A DNA stretch of 64,000 nucleotides, taken from NCBI GenBank assembly GCA_032718475.1, contig JAUCBJ010007720.1, forward strand, positions 65,514-129,513, written 5' to 3'. Position numbers and translations under genes: made by a program. This stretch comes from Nemertoderma westbladi. Taxonomy: Eukaryota; Animalia; Xenacoelomorpha. Under the pieces are notes generated by a model. It did not search any database. It saw only the letters and a list, made by a program, of their open reading frames with translations, and was not told where the DNA came from. Positions 63,151-64,000 of the stretch are shown in pieces; positions within the stretch are counted from its first letter, which is position 1; every line of letters begins with the position of its first letter.

Positions 63151-63615
63151 ACGATGAGTTTAACTGGTGCATTGACTCTGCATACGAATTATCGAGCATG
63201 GCAATGAGTTTAACCACTGCGTCAACTCAGCGTACGAATTATCCTCCGTGTCAATGAGTTTAACCGCTGAGACGACGCCGCGTTTGAATTATTGATCGTG
63301 GCAATGAGTTTAACCACTGCGACGACGCCGCATACGAATTATTGATCATGGAAATGAGTTTAACCGCTGCGACGACGCCGCATACGAATTATTGATCGTG
63401 GAAATGAGTTTAACCGCTGCGTCGATGCCGTGTACGAATTATCCTCCGTGTAAATGAGTTTAACCCCTGCGTCGACGCCGCGTACAAATTATTGATCGTG
63501 GAAATGAGTTTAACCGCTGCGACAACGCCGTGTACGAATTATTGATCGTGGAAATGAGTTTAACCACTGCATTGACTACACGACACGTACAAATTATTGA
63601 CTGCGCCTACGAATT
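63151..63615. repeat. 50-bp minisatellite, ~9 diverged units
   Basis: ATGAGTTTAAC recurs at exact 50-bp intervals (63154, 63204 ... 63554), with a second conserved block TACGAATTAT. Confidence 0.92.
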
Positions 63616-64000
63616 TTATTGCTGGGACAACTTTACGAATGAAATATTATCCTCGGCCACTAATGCAATAAATTAATATATAGTAATAATTTTTGCAATT
63701 TACGTAATTTACGTTTTGTAATTTTCAACAAATTTAAATTAAATTTATAGTACTGTAATGTTTTTGTTTTGTAATAATTTATTGTAATAAATGCCAATTA
63801 ATCTCAATTTACTTCTTAGTTCAACCTCTTACCTAGATATAACTACTAAAGTTAAATAAGAAACACAATTATGTGCTTATCAACCCCGCGGGATATATGT
63901 ATTGGTTTTTTTTATTGGTATTATTGGTATTGTTTACACAAATATTTTTTGGTAATTTTCTATTACCGGTATATATATAATTGTTAATTTAATTTTGTGT

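Noticed and set aside
63151-63615. CRISPR-like repeat-spacer pattern
   Set aside because: The variable parts are homologous to each other, so they are not independent spacers.

Overview
This is eukaryotic, most likely invertebrate, heterochromatin-like DNA with no recognisable host gene. Positions 1-34761 are a 38-bp tandem satellite of about 915 copies, with layered variants and local higher-order repeats. It abuts a decayed minus-strand BEL/Pao LTR retrotransposon (element 1, about 34762-45954). A nearly intact plus-strand BEL/Pao element follows (element 2, 45955-57866, 540/544-bp LTRs). Next is a decayed RTE-like LINE (about 58201-61440) that carries a PIF/Harbinger-type MITE and whose 3' end is amplified into a 13-copy array, and then some small minisatellites. 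Three observations stand out. (i) Between pol and the 3' LTR, element 1 carries an extra gene with a WRN/EXD/Egalitarian-like DEDDy exonuclease fold that looks catalytically degenerate, followed by CCHC zinc knuckles. (ii) Element 1 carries at least 7 copies of a sense-strand bulged GNRA hairpin (GAG-CCU-GNRA-AGG-A-CUC) in the LTR, accessory ORF, pol and gag, in different reading frames. Together these suggest a cognate RNA-protein system. (iii) Element 2 has no tRNA primer-binding site (PBS). The 9 nt after its 5' LTR are complementary to a site inside the LTR that is also conserved in the LTR of element 1, suggesting Tf1-like self-priming in BEL/Pao. All protein-family calls were made by eye and no searches were run.
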